Positions 32,145 to 41,441 of a DNA stretch of 41,520 nucleotides are shown one piece after another; positions within the stretch are counted from its first letter, which is position 1; each line of letters begins with the position of its first letter. This stretch comes from a virus (Duplodnaviria > Caudoviricetes): positions 1 to 41,520 of IMG/VR virus record IMGVR_UViG_3300036821_000042; one strand, given 5' to 3'. Both the position numbers and the translations under genes were made by a program. A model generated the notes under the pieces. The model was not told the DNA's origin. It saw nothing but the letters and a program-made list of their open reading frames with translations, and ran no database searches.

Positions 32145-32329
32145 CAGCTCCATTCAAATCTGGCACGCTTGCGCGCAGCCTTGCGCACAGCGTACTGGTG
32201 AAACCGCCTTTCCTTCGCCGTCTCACGACGACGGCGGTTGCGCACCGTCTGGCGATAGCCGGACCGCTTCTGCCAATTGCGCCGGTCAAGGAACTCTGGA
32301 ATGTCCAAGCCGTCTGCGTTGTCATCCAT
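32144..32329 (-). CDS. Small protein with an FtsZ C-terminal-like motif and a basic tail
   Basis: MDDNADGLDIPEFLDRRNWQKRSGYRQTVRNRRRRETAKERR...; AGGAG RBS from repeat copy B. Confidence 0.65.
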   Translation of the reverse strand: MDDNADGLDIPEFLDRRNWQKRSGYRQTVRNRRRRETAKERRFHQYAVRKAARKRARFEWS

Positions 32330-32335
32330 CACACC

Positions 32336-32441
32336 ACTCCTCTCGCGCCCACCATCGGGCACGCTCAGACTACGCCCATTCCGCGACAAGTCAATACCTT
32401 GACGGCAAGAAAAGCGCTTGACACGCCGCGCGGCTTGTGCC
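32336..32441 (-). repeat. Copy B of the 106-bp inverted repeat; promoter plus RBS of the leftward operon
   Basis: Exact reverse complement of 1-106. Confidence 0.95.
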
Positions 32442-32687
32442 TTGGCCGCTCGAGTCGATTCCTCACCCACCATCGCGCCAGCGTTGTCAAGAGATTAGCT
32501 ATACACCGCGCGCATGACAGCCATGTTGTAAAGCTATTGACTTGACAGCGCGTCCGTGCTATGACTGTGCCGCTATGCTTGACAAGCATGGCAGGATCGG
32601 GGTCCTCACCAGAACGGCTCCGGGACCTCAGTGGCCGATTCAGGTCCGCCCCCAGGCGATTTTTCCCCAAAAACTTTCAGCGGCCCT

Positions 32688-32868
32688 TGGTCAGTCAAGT
32701 CAGTATAGTCAGTGGTTTTCCACCTCCATCCACACACCCTCGCCCTCTCGCGCGTATTTTCTTCGCCAGAACAGTTGGATAGAGGGAAAGCGGTATGTCG
32801 GTATGGAAAGAGCTGAACGTGATGTGGGGGAGGTGGAGGATCACTGACTATACTGACTTCACTGACCA
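32688..32868. repeat. 40-bp inverted repeat with GTCA-type iterons; putative replication origin
   Basis: 32688-32727 versus 32829-32868 match at 36 of 40 positions; lies directly downstream of the primase-helicase stop. Confidence 0.7.
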
Positions 32869-32870
32869 GC

Positions 32871-35006
32871 CTAGATTGAATTATCACGCTTTTTCGCGAC
32901 GGCTCTGAGCTGGTCGGCCAGTGTGAGGCTCGATTTCGCGTACACGACCTGTCGGCGGCCGGCGATCTTCCAGAGACCATCCTTGGCCTGATCGTTGTTG
33001 ACGACGACGTACCCGCAGCCTTCCAGGTGGGCGCCGAGCGTTCGCCGGTTGCGGCGGTCTTTGAGCCAGTTCGAAAAGTCCTCCGAGGCATAGCGCTGGA
33101 GGTCAACGAGGGTGACGCATTCTGGATTTCCGAGCGTGTCGATGACGTCGGCCATTTCGCTGCCCTCGGGTGCGCGTGATGCGGCGACGATCTCGTAGAA
33201 TGCCGGCGTGCGTGGTGGCGGGGTTTTCGGATTGAACTCGCTGACATCGAGGTCGAGCAGGTAGGCGGCGATGTCGTGCTTGCCGTCGCCGTCGAGGTAC
33301 TGCCACAGGCTGTCGAAATATCCGTCCTCGAATGCTTCCGGTCCTTCCAGTGGCGACCAAGCGACGTAGTGGCGCGCGTCGTTTGCCGGCAGGTAGATGC
33401 CCCCGGCCTTGTGGTTCGAGGTGATGACGATGCCAACCACGTTGGGTATTTCGTAGGGATGGGTGTTCTTCTCATCGACCGTGAGCGTGGGTGGCGGCGA
33501 GGCGCCGATCTGTTTCATGTGCTCGTAGAACTGCGGACGGTTTATCTCGCCGAGATCGCGCGCCTCGGAAATGATCAGCAGCACGGCTTTGAGGAAACCG
33601 TTGAAGCGCGCGAGCATCATGGTCGGCGAGACCGTGGCGCAGTTCCACTCTCCCACCGTATAGCGGACGGGTGCGAGCAGGGTGTCCTTGCCGATGCGTG
33701 GAGCCCCGCCGAGGAACAGCGAGTGATTGATCTTGACGCCTGGGTGCTGGCACCTGTGCGCGAACCACTTGATCAAGTATGTGGCGTCGTCTGGGTAGAC
33801 CTTGCGAACGTGCTCGACCCAACGCTGCGCATTGCGCGGGTTTCCGAGTTTCAGGTTTGCTGGTCGGTACAGGTTAAAGACGGTGGCATCTTTGTGCTCG
33901 AACCATCCACCGTTCACCACCAGCTTGTCCTTGATCAGCGTTGGCTCGCCGGGAAACCATGTCATCTGTTCGACCGAGTTGTTGCGGTCAATCCAGGTTG
34001 AGGCTTTGAATCTCCCGATCTTCGGCAAGCGTGTATCGACGGCGCGTTTGGGCCAGCGCTGTCCGGTGTGGCGGAAGATGTAGTTCGCTTCCGGCGCGTA
34101 GCCGAGGAAATCGCTGACATCGAGCGGACCGGCGGGCAGCTGCGGCGCGGTCGGTTGCGGCGGTGGTGGTGTAGGACCGCGCGGGGGAAAGTGGTGCGGG
34201 TCGGGAAACTCCAGCGCGAACGGGATCATGCCGCGCAGCTTCTCGGCGGTGCCGCCGCCGCGCGCTACCCAGTCGGAAATGTCGTCGCCGGGGGCGACCT
34301 CTTTCCAGTGCGATGCGAGATCGAGACGACGGATGGATGCGGCGATGCCGGCTGAGCATTTGCACACCGCCTCGGCATGTGCGCGTCCGGCATCGTCGTT
34401 GTCGTTGAGCACGACGAGGTTGGCACCGCGCAGCTGCGCGCTGTGCGCTTGCGTCCATTTCGGTTTCTTGTCTGACTGGCTCGCGCCATGCGCGTTGCAC
34501 GTCGCGATGAAGCCGAGGTGGAAAGCGGTGTCTACGTCCTTCTCGCCCTCGACAATCAGGATGGTGTCGCCTGCGAGCGCGTGCGTCTGCACCTCGTCAA
34601 TGCGGTAGAGCAGCGTGTCGGTCCTGATCCCGCCCGCGCCCTTCTCCCACTCGCCCTTGCCGTTGAGGTGCTGCCAGTAGAACGGATGCCGGTGCTTGCG
34701 CAGCTTCGGCCCGTAGCTGTGGAAGCCTAATTCACGCGGTTGCTCTGTAGTTTGAGCTCTGGAGGTATTTGTCCCCTTAGCTGTGGATACCCTGGCGTTG
34801 CCCTCGCGGAACCCCGGCTCGGGGAATGTCCAGTTACAATGATTACACCCGCCGAAGAACTTGTCGGCCTCGATGGTGACGTACAAAGGCTTGAGCCGGC
34901 TTTTCTTCCGCTTGTACGAGCAGCGCGGACAAAGCGCGTCGTGCCGGCCGATCTCGTAGCTCCGCAGCTGGATTCCGAGCGAGCGGATTTCGACCTCGAA
35001 CGGCAT
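32871..35006 (-). CDS. Primase-helicase (Zn-binding + TOPRIM + SF3/DUF5906-type helicase)
   Basis: CPRC...CNHC; TOPRIM 'IVEGEKD' and 'DNDDAG'; Walker A 'GAPRIGKDT', Walker B 'LIISE', motif C 'ITSN'; GAGGAG RBS. Confidence 0.9.
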   Translation of the reverse strand: MPFEVEIRSLGIQLRSYEIGRHDALCPRCSYKRKKSRLKPLYVTIEADKFFGGCNHCNWTFPEPGFREGNARVSTAKGTNTSRAQTTEQPRELGFHSYGPKLRKHRHPFYWQHLNGKGEWEKGAGGIRTDTLLYRIDEVQTHALAGDTILIVEGEKDVDTAFHLGFIATCNAHGASQSDKKPKWTQAHSAQLRGANLVVLNDNDDAGRAHAEAVCKCSAGIAASIRRLDLASHWKEVAPGDDISDWVARGGGTAEKLRGMIPFALEFPDPHHFPPRGPTPPPPQPTAPQLPAGPLDVSDFLGYAPEANYIFRHTGQRWPKRAVDTRLPKIGRFKASTWIDRNNSVEQMTWFPGEPTLIKDKLVVNGGWFEHKDATVFNLYRPANLKLGNPRNAQRWVEHVRKVYPDDATYLIKWFAHRCQHPGVKINHSLFLGGAPRIGKDTLLAPVRYTVGEWNCATVSPTMMLARFNGFLKAVLLIISEARDLGEINRPQFYEHMKQIGASPPPTLTVDEKNTHPYEIPNVVGIVITSNHKAGGIYLPANDARHYVAWSPLEGPEAFEDGYFDSLWQYLDGDGKHDIAAYLLDLDVSEFNPKTPPPRTPAFYEIVAASRAPEGSEMADVIDTLGNPECVTLVDLQRYASEDFSNWLKDRRNRRTLGAHLEGCGYVVVNNDQAKDGLWKIAGRRQVVYAKSSLTLADQLRAVAKKRDNSI

Positions 35007-35018
35007 GTGCGTCTCTCC

Positions 35019-35267
35019 TCAACGACTCGCCATCCATTCGCGCCACGCAGCGACCGCTGCTCGCCGTGCATCGGTACACGCGCCCTTGAGGTCGAGGTGG
35101 TTGAGCAAATCGCCGATGCCACGCACGCGAGTCGGGAAATCGCCGTCGCGCAGCGCGTCTTGTGCGAGATCGCCGATGGGATCGGCGCGATGGCTCTGCT
35201 CAAACAGCCAGAGCTGGAAAGCGTTTTTGGGATTGTGTCGGGCGGGGGGAGTGGGTATTTTTGTCAC
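35019..35267 (-). CDS. YozE SAM-like protein
   Basis: 'F--WL--Q--R-DPIGDLA-D---D-DFP...AW-EW' matches the YozE pattern; start uncertain. Confidence 0.7.
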   Translation of the reverse strand: MTKIPTPPARHNPKNAFQLWLFEQSHRADPIGDLAQDALRDGDFPTRVRGIGDLLNHLDLKGACTDARRAAVAAWREWMASR

Positions 35268-35370
35268 GGCCTGGGTCCTTCCGACCGGGTTTTTCGATGC
35301 TCCAGAGGGGACGGCTCCTAACCGTCCCCTCATCCTATTCGTCACCTTGTTGTCACGCTAGAGTGGCGCT

Positions 35371-35703
35371 GTGGATTCCCGAATTTTGCGGGAACGAATC
35401 ATGACCTTGCTGCGCCCGCTCACTCCGCGACCGGAACTCGTGGTCGGCGACGACAGCGCGCGAGTGCAAGCGCCGGACGGCACACAGCTGGCAACGTCTG
35501 GCCCGCTCGGGCGCGAGCGCTGCATCTTCGCGATCCCCTTGAACGGTTCAGGTCCGGTGCAGCTGGGGAAGCTGACGGCATTGCGCGGTGATGGCGCGTA
35601 CTTGGCGGACCCTGGCGGCAACGTCATCGGCGAGCCAACGGATGTTTGGTGCCACCGAATCCTGTACGCTCGCTGGACCGAGGACACGCGCAGGCTGGGC
35701 TGA
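35371..35703 (+). CDS. Hypothetical protein
   Basis: First ORF of the rightward tail module; start could be 35401. Confidence 0.55.
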   Translation: MDSRILRERIMTLLRPLTPRPELVVGDDSARVQAPDGTQLATSGPLGRERCIFAIPLNGSGPVQLGKLTALRGDGAYLADPGGNVIGEPTDVWCHRILYARWTEDTRRLG

Positions 35704-35763
35704 TTCGAACATGTTCACGAACGTCCGCGAACTGTTCGTTTTTGCAATCAGTAGAGATACAAA

Positions 35764-36081
35764 ATGCCGCTCTCGCGCCGCTACACTCCCGAGCATCCGC
35801 CAGGAGAGCAGTGCAATTTCGGCCTCGACTACTCGTTCGTGATTCCGCCCGGTGTCGGCATCAGCTCGGGCGCGCTGGCGATCTTCTCCAACGCGGTGCC
35901 GCCGGTGGCGGCCGACGCCGACTGGACGGTCGGGGCAGTGACGGTACGCGGTCGCGCGGTGTATGCTCTGCTCAAGGGCGGCATCGAGGGCACGGACTAT
36001 CAGCTGCGCTGGACCGCCACTGACACGCAGGGCAATGTTTGGCCGAGGACGACGTTGATTCTCTGCGCGCAAACCTCGTGA
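35764..36081 (+). CDS. Putative fibre-tail adaptor protein
   Basis: 'P-E--NFGLDYS...LKGG-EGTDY-L---ATD-QG---RT' pattern seen upstream of fibre genes. Confidence 0.6.
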   Translation: MPLSRRYTPEHPPGEQCNFGLDYSFVIPPGVGISSGALAIFSNAVPPVAADADWTVGAVTVRGRAVYALLKGGIEGTDYQLRWTATDTQGNVWPRTTLILCAQTS

Positions 36082-36088
36082 GGTCATC

Positions 36089-36622
36089 ATGCTGGCTCCG
36101 TCACCCACCGCGACCACCGTGAGCTGGCCGCAACCCGGCGATGCCACCGAGCTGCTGGCAATCGTGCAGGATCAGGCCGAGACGATCTCCGCGCAGTTTG
36201 CACTGCTGCATGACTACCAAGACGCGCTCGACGCCGCGCAGGCCCCACCAGCCACGCAGGCGACCGGCACCGCCAGCGGGACGCCTGCCACCACGTTGAC
36301 GCTGATCAACGTCAACGGCGCGATCCTGATCGGCTCGTCCGTCGCCGGGGTCGGCGTTCCCAGCGGGACCACGATCACCACCCAGCAGAGCGGCACGCTG
36401 GGCGGGGCCGGGGTCTACACCACCAACAATCCGACCACGGCTTCGAACTCGGTGCTGACCTTCACTCCCGGCGGCCTGCCCTCCACTTGGCCGACACCGC
36501 AGGACGCCCCGACCCTGATGCTGCTGGCGCAACAGCAGACTGCGGTGATCCGCACCCAGACCGCCCTGTTGCAGCACTATCAGGACGTGCTCAACACATC
36601 GCAGACCCCTCCCGCGCCGTGA
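36089..36622 (+). CDS. Tail-associated protein with duplicated terminal helices
   Basis: WP-P-DA--L...Q-ALL--YQD-L---Q-PP at both ends around a beta-rich core. Confidence 0.65.
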   Translation: MLAPSPTATTVSWPQPGDATELLAIVQDQAETISAQFALLHDYQDALDAAQAPPATQATGTASGTPATTLTLINVNGAILIGSSVAGVGVPSGTTITTQQSGTLGGAGVYTTNNPTTASNSVLTFTPGGLPSTWPTPQDAPTLMLLAQQQTAVIRTQTALLQHYQDVLNTSQTPPAP

Positions 36623-36630
36623 GGTGAGTC

Positions 36631-39600
36631 GTGGGCGATTTCGTCCTCAACGCGAAACAGATTTTCGACTACCCGCTCAAGCCGGTGCCGGACGGCACTG
36701 AACTGGTGCTGCTGCAGGAAGGCCCCGGCGCGGGGGCCTACGTCTCAACGACAGTCGCCGATCTGGTCGCCAACGCCTTGCTCGACGGCGGGATGCTCCA
36801 TCTGCAGGGAGGCGGCGGCGGTGGCATCACCTTCAACGGCTCGAGTCTGACGTTAGCCGGTGGCGCGTTCACGTTCAGCTCGTCTATCAACGCGCCCGTC
36901 GTGCTGATCGGTGGCGATGCCGCTGCCACCGTGACGTATGTCAACCAGCAGAACAACGCGATCCAGACCACATTCGGACAGGCGTTCGAGAATCTGGTCA
37001 ACAACTCCGTCCGCTCGTTCAATTTCCGCACCGGCGCGGTGCAGCTCCTCGATGTGGACATCTTGCGCGCTGGCGGTGTGCTGGCACTCAACGGCCATCT
37101 GTTTGGCCAGCCGACCGCGCCAACGCCGTGGGACGCGCGCCAGTGCGACGACACCATCGCCACCACCGCGTTCGTGCAGAATGCGATTTGTTTCCAATTG
37201 TTTCAGGGCGGCCGACCGCTCGTGTTCAGCTTCAACGGTCGCAGCGGTTGCGTCACGCTGACCACGCAGGACGTGAACGCCGCATTCGCCACGTTCACTC
37301 CCGGCGTTTATCCCAGTGCGCCCAGCCCACCGCTCGGTGACGCCTCGACGCGAATCGCCACCACGGCGTTCGTGGACGAGACGCTGGCGGATGCACAGCA
37401 GGTGCTGCAGGACGCAATCGACTCGGGCAACGTGGCAACAGAGAACTGGGTCGAGACTAACTTTGCGCCGATCAACTCGCCGCAGTTCACCGGCATCCCG
37501 ACCGGGCCGACCGCCAACGCCGGCACCTCGACCGGCCAGCTCGCCACCACGGCGTTCGTAGAAGCTGCCGTCACTGCCTCAACCACTGGCGTGGCGTCGT
37601 TCAACACCCGTACCGGGGCGGTGACGCTGACTGCTGCCGACATCACCGCTGCTGGTGGCGCGTTGCTGGCTTCCCCGGTTTTCACCGGCTCGCCGCAGGC
37701 ACCCACTGCCGCGCCCGGTACATCGACCGCCGCGCTGGCGACCACTGCCTTTGTGCAGGCAGCCGTGACCGCAGCGACCTCGGGCGTGTCGAGCTTCAAC
37801 ACCCGTACCGGGGCGGTGACGCTCACCGTGGGCGACGTCACCGGCACCGGCGTGCTGACCGATACGCCGCTCGCCGGTGTGCCTACAGCTCCGACCCCCG
37901 CGCCCGCCAACAACACGACGCAGCTTGCGACCACCGCATTCGTCCATGCCGCCATCGCGGCGCTGCCGCCAGCTGGTGTCAGCTCGTTCAACAGCCGAAC
38001 CGGCGCGGTCACGCTGCAGGCCAGCGACGTGTCGGCGGTGGGCGGTGCGCTAGTCGCCTCCCCCACCTTCACCGGGACCCCGACCGCCCCCACAGCCGCA
38101 ATCGGCACCAACAGCGCGCAGCTGGCGACATGCGCGTTCGTCATGGCCGAGATCGGCTCGCTCAATTTCGCGCCGCTGGCCTCACCGGCATTTACCGGGA
38201 CGCCGACCGCGCCGACCGCCGTTCCCGCGACCAACAACACGCAGCTCGCGACGACCGCGTTCGTGATGGCTGCGGTCAGCGCGGTCACGGCGGGCGTCTC
38301 CAGCTTCAACACGCGCACGGGTGCCGTGACGCTGATCGCTTCGGACGTGACGGCGACCGGCGTGTTCACCAACACCGCGCTCGCCGGGACGCCGACCGCG
38401 CCGACCGCGACTGCCGGGACCAGCACCACGCAGCTGGCGACCACCGCGTTCGTGACTCAAGCCATCGCCGCCGCGCCTATCGGTGTGTCCTCATTCAACA
38501 GCCGCACCGGCGCGATCACTCTGCTCGGCGCTGACGTGAGCGCCGCAGGCGGCGCGCTGCTCGCCTCGCCGACGTTCACCGGGACCCCGGCCGCTCCGAC
38601 ACCGACAGCGGCTTCCAACGATACCTCGCTGGCGACCACAGCCTGGGTGACGTCCAAGCTAGCTACGGCGGGTGGGGTGACGAGCTTCAATAATCGCGCC
38701 GGGGTCGTCACGCTGACCGAGGCGGACATTTTCGGCACGAACGGCGCGATCTACCGACAGGCCGCGACCGCTCCGACCGGCACGCCCAACACGCTCTGGC
38801 TCGATACGAGTTTCACCCCGCCGCGACTGTACGCCCGCGATCAAGTGAACAACGTCTGGTGCGCAGCCGGTCCTTCGATCATTGCCCTGCCGCCCCAAGT
38901 TTTCACGGCAACCGGCGCGGTTGGTTGGACGCCCCCCGCCAACATGGCTTGGGCCGAGGTTGAGGTCCTGGGCGGCGGCGGCGGCGGTGCCAGCTTCGCG
39001 GCTGGTTCCCCCGGTTCATCGAGCAGCTTCTTCGGAGGCACCACGAACATTCAAGCCCCTGGCGGGGCTGGCGGGGCCGGGACGGCATCGGGTCCGGCGA
39101 CTGGCGGCTACCTCAATCTGGTAGGCGCGTTTGGCAACGGCGGTCAACTTTCGTTGACGGGTACACAATCCGGTCCTGGCGGTCAGGGAGGCAGCGGTCC
39201 CTTCGGTGGCGGTGGCTACGGCGCATACAATTCAGCGGGTGGGAACGGTTCCCCGAACACCGGCTCGGCGGGCGGCGGCGGTTGCGCCAACCCAAACGCT
39301 ACCAGTGTCGCAGGGGCAGGCGGTCAGGCTGGAGCCTATGCGCGCGGAACCATCCTCCCCCCGTTCGCCACCGGCTACACTATCTCGGTCGGCGGCGGCG
39401 GCCCCGGTCAAGCCGCGAACGCCAACTTTTTTGCCGGTGGGAATGGCGCAAACGGCATCGTCATCGTGAAGCCTTACGCGCTATCAACACCGGCTACGAT
39501 CCCTGCCCTGGCGCAAGGTCCATCAAGTATGATGGGAGAACACAATCCGGTCGAAGGAGCGGAGCGCAGTCATGCCCGTCGTAAATCTCAGCGACACTGA
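36631..39600 (+). CDS. Tail fibre protein (repetitive shaft plus Gly-rich C-terminal domain)
   Basis: Eight 'SFNxRxGxVxL'-type and nine 'ATTAFV'-type repeats with SPxFTGxPTAPT; C-terminal 'EVLGGGGGG...GGGAG...ISVGGGG...GANGIVIV'. Confidence 0.9.
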   Translation: MGDFVLNAKQIFDYPLKPVPDGTELVLLQEGPGAGAYVSTTVADLVANALLDGGMLHLQGGGGGGITFNGSSLTLAGGAFTFSSSINAPVVLIGGDAAATVTYVNQQNNAIQTTFGQAFENLVNNSVRSFNFRTGAVQLLDVDILRAGGVLALNGHLFGQPTAPTPWDARQCDDTIATTAFVQNAICFQLFQGGRPLVFSFNGRSGCVTLTTQDVNAAFATFTPGVYPSAPSPPLGDASTRIATTAFVDETLADAQQVLQDAIDSGNVATENWVETNFAPINSPQFTGIPTGPTANAGTSTGQLATTAFVEAAVTASTTGVASFNTRTGAVTLTAADITAAGGALLASPVFTGSPQAPTAAPGTSTAALATTAFVQAAVTAATSGVSSFNTRTGAVTLTVGDVTGTGVLTDTPLAGVPTAPTPAPANNTTQLATTAFVHAAIAALPPAGVSSFNSRTGAVTLQASDVSAVGGALVASPTFTGTPTAPTAAIGTNSAQLATCAFVMAEIGSLNFAPLASPAFTGTPTAPTAVPATNNTQLATTAFVMAAVSAVTAGVSSFNTRTGAVTLIASDVTATGVFTNTALAGTPTAPTATAGTSTTQLATTAFVTQAIAAAPIGVSSFNSRTGAITLLGADVSAAGGALLASPTFTGTPAAPTPTAASNDTSLATTAWVTSKLATAGGVTSFNNRAGVVTLTEADIFGTNGAIYRQAATAPTGTPNTLWLDTSFTPPRLYARDQVNNVWCAAGPSIIALPPQVFTATGAVGWTPPANMAWAEVEVLGGGGGGASFAAGSPGSSSSFFGGTTNIQAPGGAGGAGTASGPATGGYLNLVGAFGNGGQLSLTGTQSGPGGQGGSGPFGGGGYGAYNSAGGNGSPNTGSAGGGGCANPNATSVAGAGGQAGAYARGTILPPFATGYTISVGGGGPGQAANANFFAGGNGANGIVIVKPYALSTPATIPALAQGPSSMMGEHNPVEGAERSHARRKSQRH

Positions 39601-39787
39601 ATGGCAGCAGGTGATGGCGCTGATCTCCAACGCGCCCTGGCGTGATGCCAATGCGTTGCTGCTCAAGATCGGCGCGCAGCTGCAACATGCGGAGCTGGTC
39701 AAAGCGCAGCGAGGAGAAAGCGTCTTGCCGCTACCGAATGATGTACGCGGCGACGGGCACCATCCGGCAAAGGAGGCCGACCAATGA
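39572..39787 (+). CDS. Small hypothetical protein (fibre assembly candidate)
   Basis: GGAG RBS; 'LSDTEWQQVM-L--APW--AN-LL-KI--Q' motif. Confidence 0.7.
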   Translation: MPVVNLSDTEWQQVMALISNAPWRDANALLLKIGAQLQHAELVKAQRGESVLPLPNDVRGDGHHPAKEADQ

Positions 39788-40515
39788 ACCAGCTAGTCCC
39801 AGTGCCAGCGAACTGGAGCGATCCGTGCAATCCGTGTCCTCCGTGCCCTCCGGGGACGATGCCGTGCCCGCCCGTAGGCTTCCCGCCGCAGGGCTGCGCG
39901 CCGTGGTTCCCACCGCCGCAGGGTCAGCCGCCCTGGTATCCGGGCGCGAACGCTGGCGTATCGTTCAGTCCGGTTGCGCCGCCCAATGTGATACGCGGGC
40001 ATTTCTGGTGGGACGGCATCACGCTGCGCATGTTCGACGGCGCGGTGTGGGTCGATATTTCAGGCGGCGCGGCCTCTACGCAAAGTCAGACGGAACCGCA
40101 GTTCCGCGTTGATCTCACGACCGCCATCACGACCTACACACCGGGACAGTGGCAACCTATCGGCTACACGGGCACTCCCTCGTTCGATCCGCAAGGTGGT
40201 TTCGATCCGCTACTGCATCGCTGGATGCCGAAAGTCACCGGGACCTATCTGTTCATCGCCAACGTGTTCTGTGTCTCGCTCTCTGGCGCAGCCGCCATCG
40301 CCATCGGCATGAACGACCCCGGCGTGGCCAATAACCTCGGCACGCCAGTCGCGCTGCAGGAGCAGGCGACATCCGGTGTTGCCGGTGGCTGGCTCAACTG
40401 CACCGGCGCGGCGACGATGAAGGCGAACAGCGACTATGTGCGGTTCTTCTTCTACATCGGCGGGACCGGAGGGAGTGTCGGCGCCGGCAGTTACGTTCAG
40501 GCGTTCTTCCTCTGA
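39784..40515 (+). CDS. C1q-like domain protein with a Cys/Pro-rich N-terminus
   Basis: 'FDPQGGFD...W-PKVTGTYLF-ANV...DYVRFF' resembles C1q; N-terminal CNPCPPCPP; AAGGAGG RBS. Confidence 0.65.
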   Translation: MNQLVPVPANWSDPCNPCPPCPPGTMPCPPVGFPPQGCAPWFPPPQGQPPWYPGANAGVSFSPVAPPNVIRGHFWWDGITLRMFDGAVWVDISGGAASTQSQTEPQFRVDLTTAITTYTPGQWQPIGYTGTPSFDPQGGFDPLLHRWMPKVTGTYLFIANVFCVSLSGAAAIAIGMNDPGVANNLGTPVALQEQATSGVAGGWLNCTGAATMKANSDYVRFFFYIGGTGGSVGAGSYVQAFFL

Positions 40516-40568
40516 CATGCAAGAAATGCCCGTAGAATGGGCATAACTTGAACTGGTGATTCGCGTGG

Positions 40569-40961
40569 ATGGATTTCGGAACGCAGCGAGCTACGGTCGT
40601 CGCGGGCGCGGGCATTATGCTCGTGGGCGTGGCGATTGCGACCGTGATGCTGTCGGGACCGACACAGGACACCTATCGGGTCGCGTCCGAGTCAACGCGG
40701 ACTGTGCAGCTCACGCCGCCGTCTGACATCATTCCGGTCTGTGGCAACAAGGAACTGCGCGAGCGAGTTCGTGCATTGATGCTTGCCGGTCTGGACGATG
40801 CGCTGAAAGACCGCATTCACAGTCTGTTCGATGTGTGGCTCCGCGACGAGACCGGACAGCCGGGGCGAGCATCGCGCGGCGCGCACCAGAGCATCAGCGC
40901 CTATGTGCGCGCTCGTGACAGCCTGGAAAAATGGGACTTACCGGAGTGCCGCTCGCATTAG
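40569..40961 (+). CDS. Membrane-anchored hypothetical protein
   Basis: N-terminal TM helix; two Cys; helical body. Confidence 0.6.
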   Translation: MDFGTQRATVVAGAGIMLVGVAIATVMLSGPTQDTYRVASESTRTVQLTPPSDIIPVCGNKELRERVRALMLAGLDDALKDRIHSLFDVWLRDETGQPGRASRGAHQSISAYVRARDSLEKWDLPECRSH

Positions 40962-41051
40962 GCTACGCGGGTGACGGCGGATGGAACTGACGAACGGCCA
41001 TCCGCTACCGCGCCCCAACGGTCTGGATGTCCACTCAGGCCGTTGGGGAAC

Positions 41052-41285
41052 CTAAGTCTTGTCGTGCGGGACGCACTCGAACAGCATCTGCTGCACCTTC
41101 TGGTTCTGCTCATACAGCAGCTTCATGTCGGCGTCCCGCCGCTCGTAAATCTTGGTGAGGAAAACGTAGAACAGCGCGAGCAGCGCGCAGTTCATCACGA
41201 CTAACGCCAGCGCAATCGGTTGAGTTTTCAGCGAGTCGATGACAGCGCCGACAACCTTCGCGCCCTGTTCAGCCGGACCATTCAT
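41052..41285 (-). CDS. Single-TM membrane protein
   Basis: TM segment 'IALALVVMNCALLALFYVFL' followed by a coiled coil. Confidence 0.65.
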   Translation of the reverse strand: MNGPAEQGAKVVGAVIDSLKTQPIALALVVMNCALLALFYVFLTKIYERRDADMKLLYEQNQKVQQMLFECVPHDKT

Positions 41286-41333
41286 TGATTCGCGTTATCG
41301 AGTTACTGGCGCTGCCCAGTCTAGGTATGCGTA

Positions 41334-41441
41334 CTAGGCATCATGGTGTGAGGGCAAGTCGCTTCCCTTGCCGAGCAGCGCCAGCATCGCCAGTGTAATC
41401 GCGGCGACCAGAATCAGGAACCACACAATGCGCCAAGCCAT
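41334..41441 (-). CDS. Small single-TM peptide (not in ORF track)
   Basis: MAWRIVWFLILVAAITLAMLALLGKGSDLPSHHDA*. Confidence 0.5.
   Translation of the reverse strand: MAWRIVWFLILVAAITLAMLALLGKGSDLPSHHDA

Noticed and set aside
32606-33475. 289-aa - strand ORF overlapping the helicase end and the putative origin
   Set aside because: It is an alternative frame of the primase-helicase gene with low-complexity R/S/T sequence; its 'TDYTDLTD' reflects the DNA iterons.
37470-38720. CRISPR array or diversity-generating retroelement repeats
   Set aside because: The repeats are in-frame fibre coding repeats; no reverse transcriptase, cas gene or adenine-specific template/variable pair was seen.
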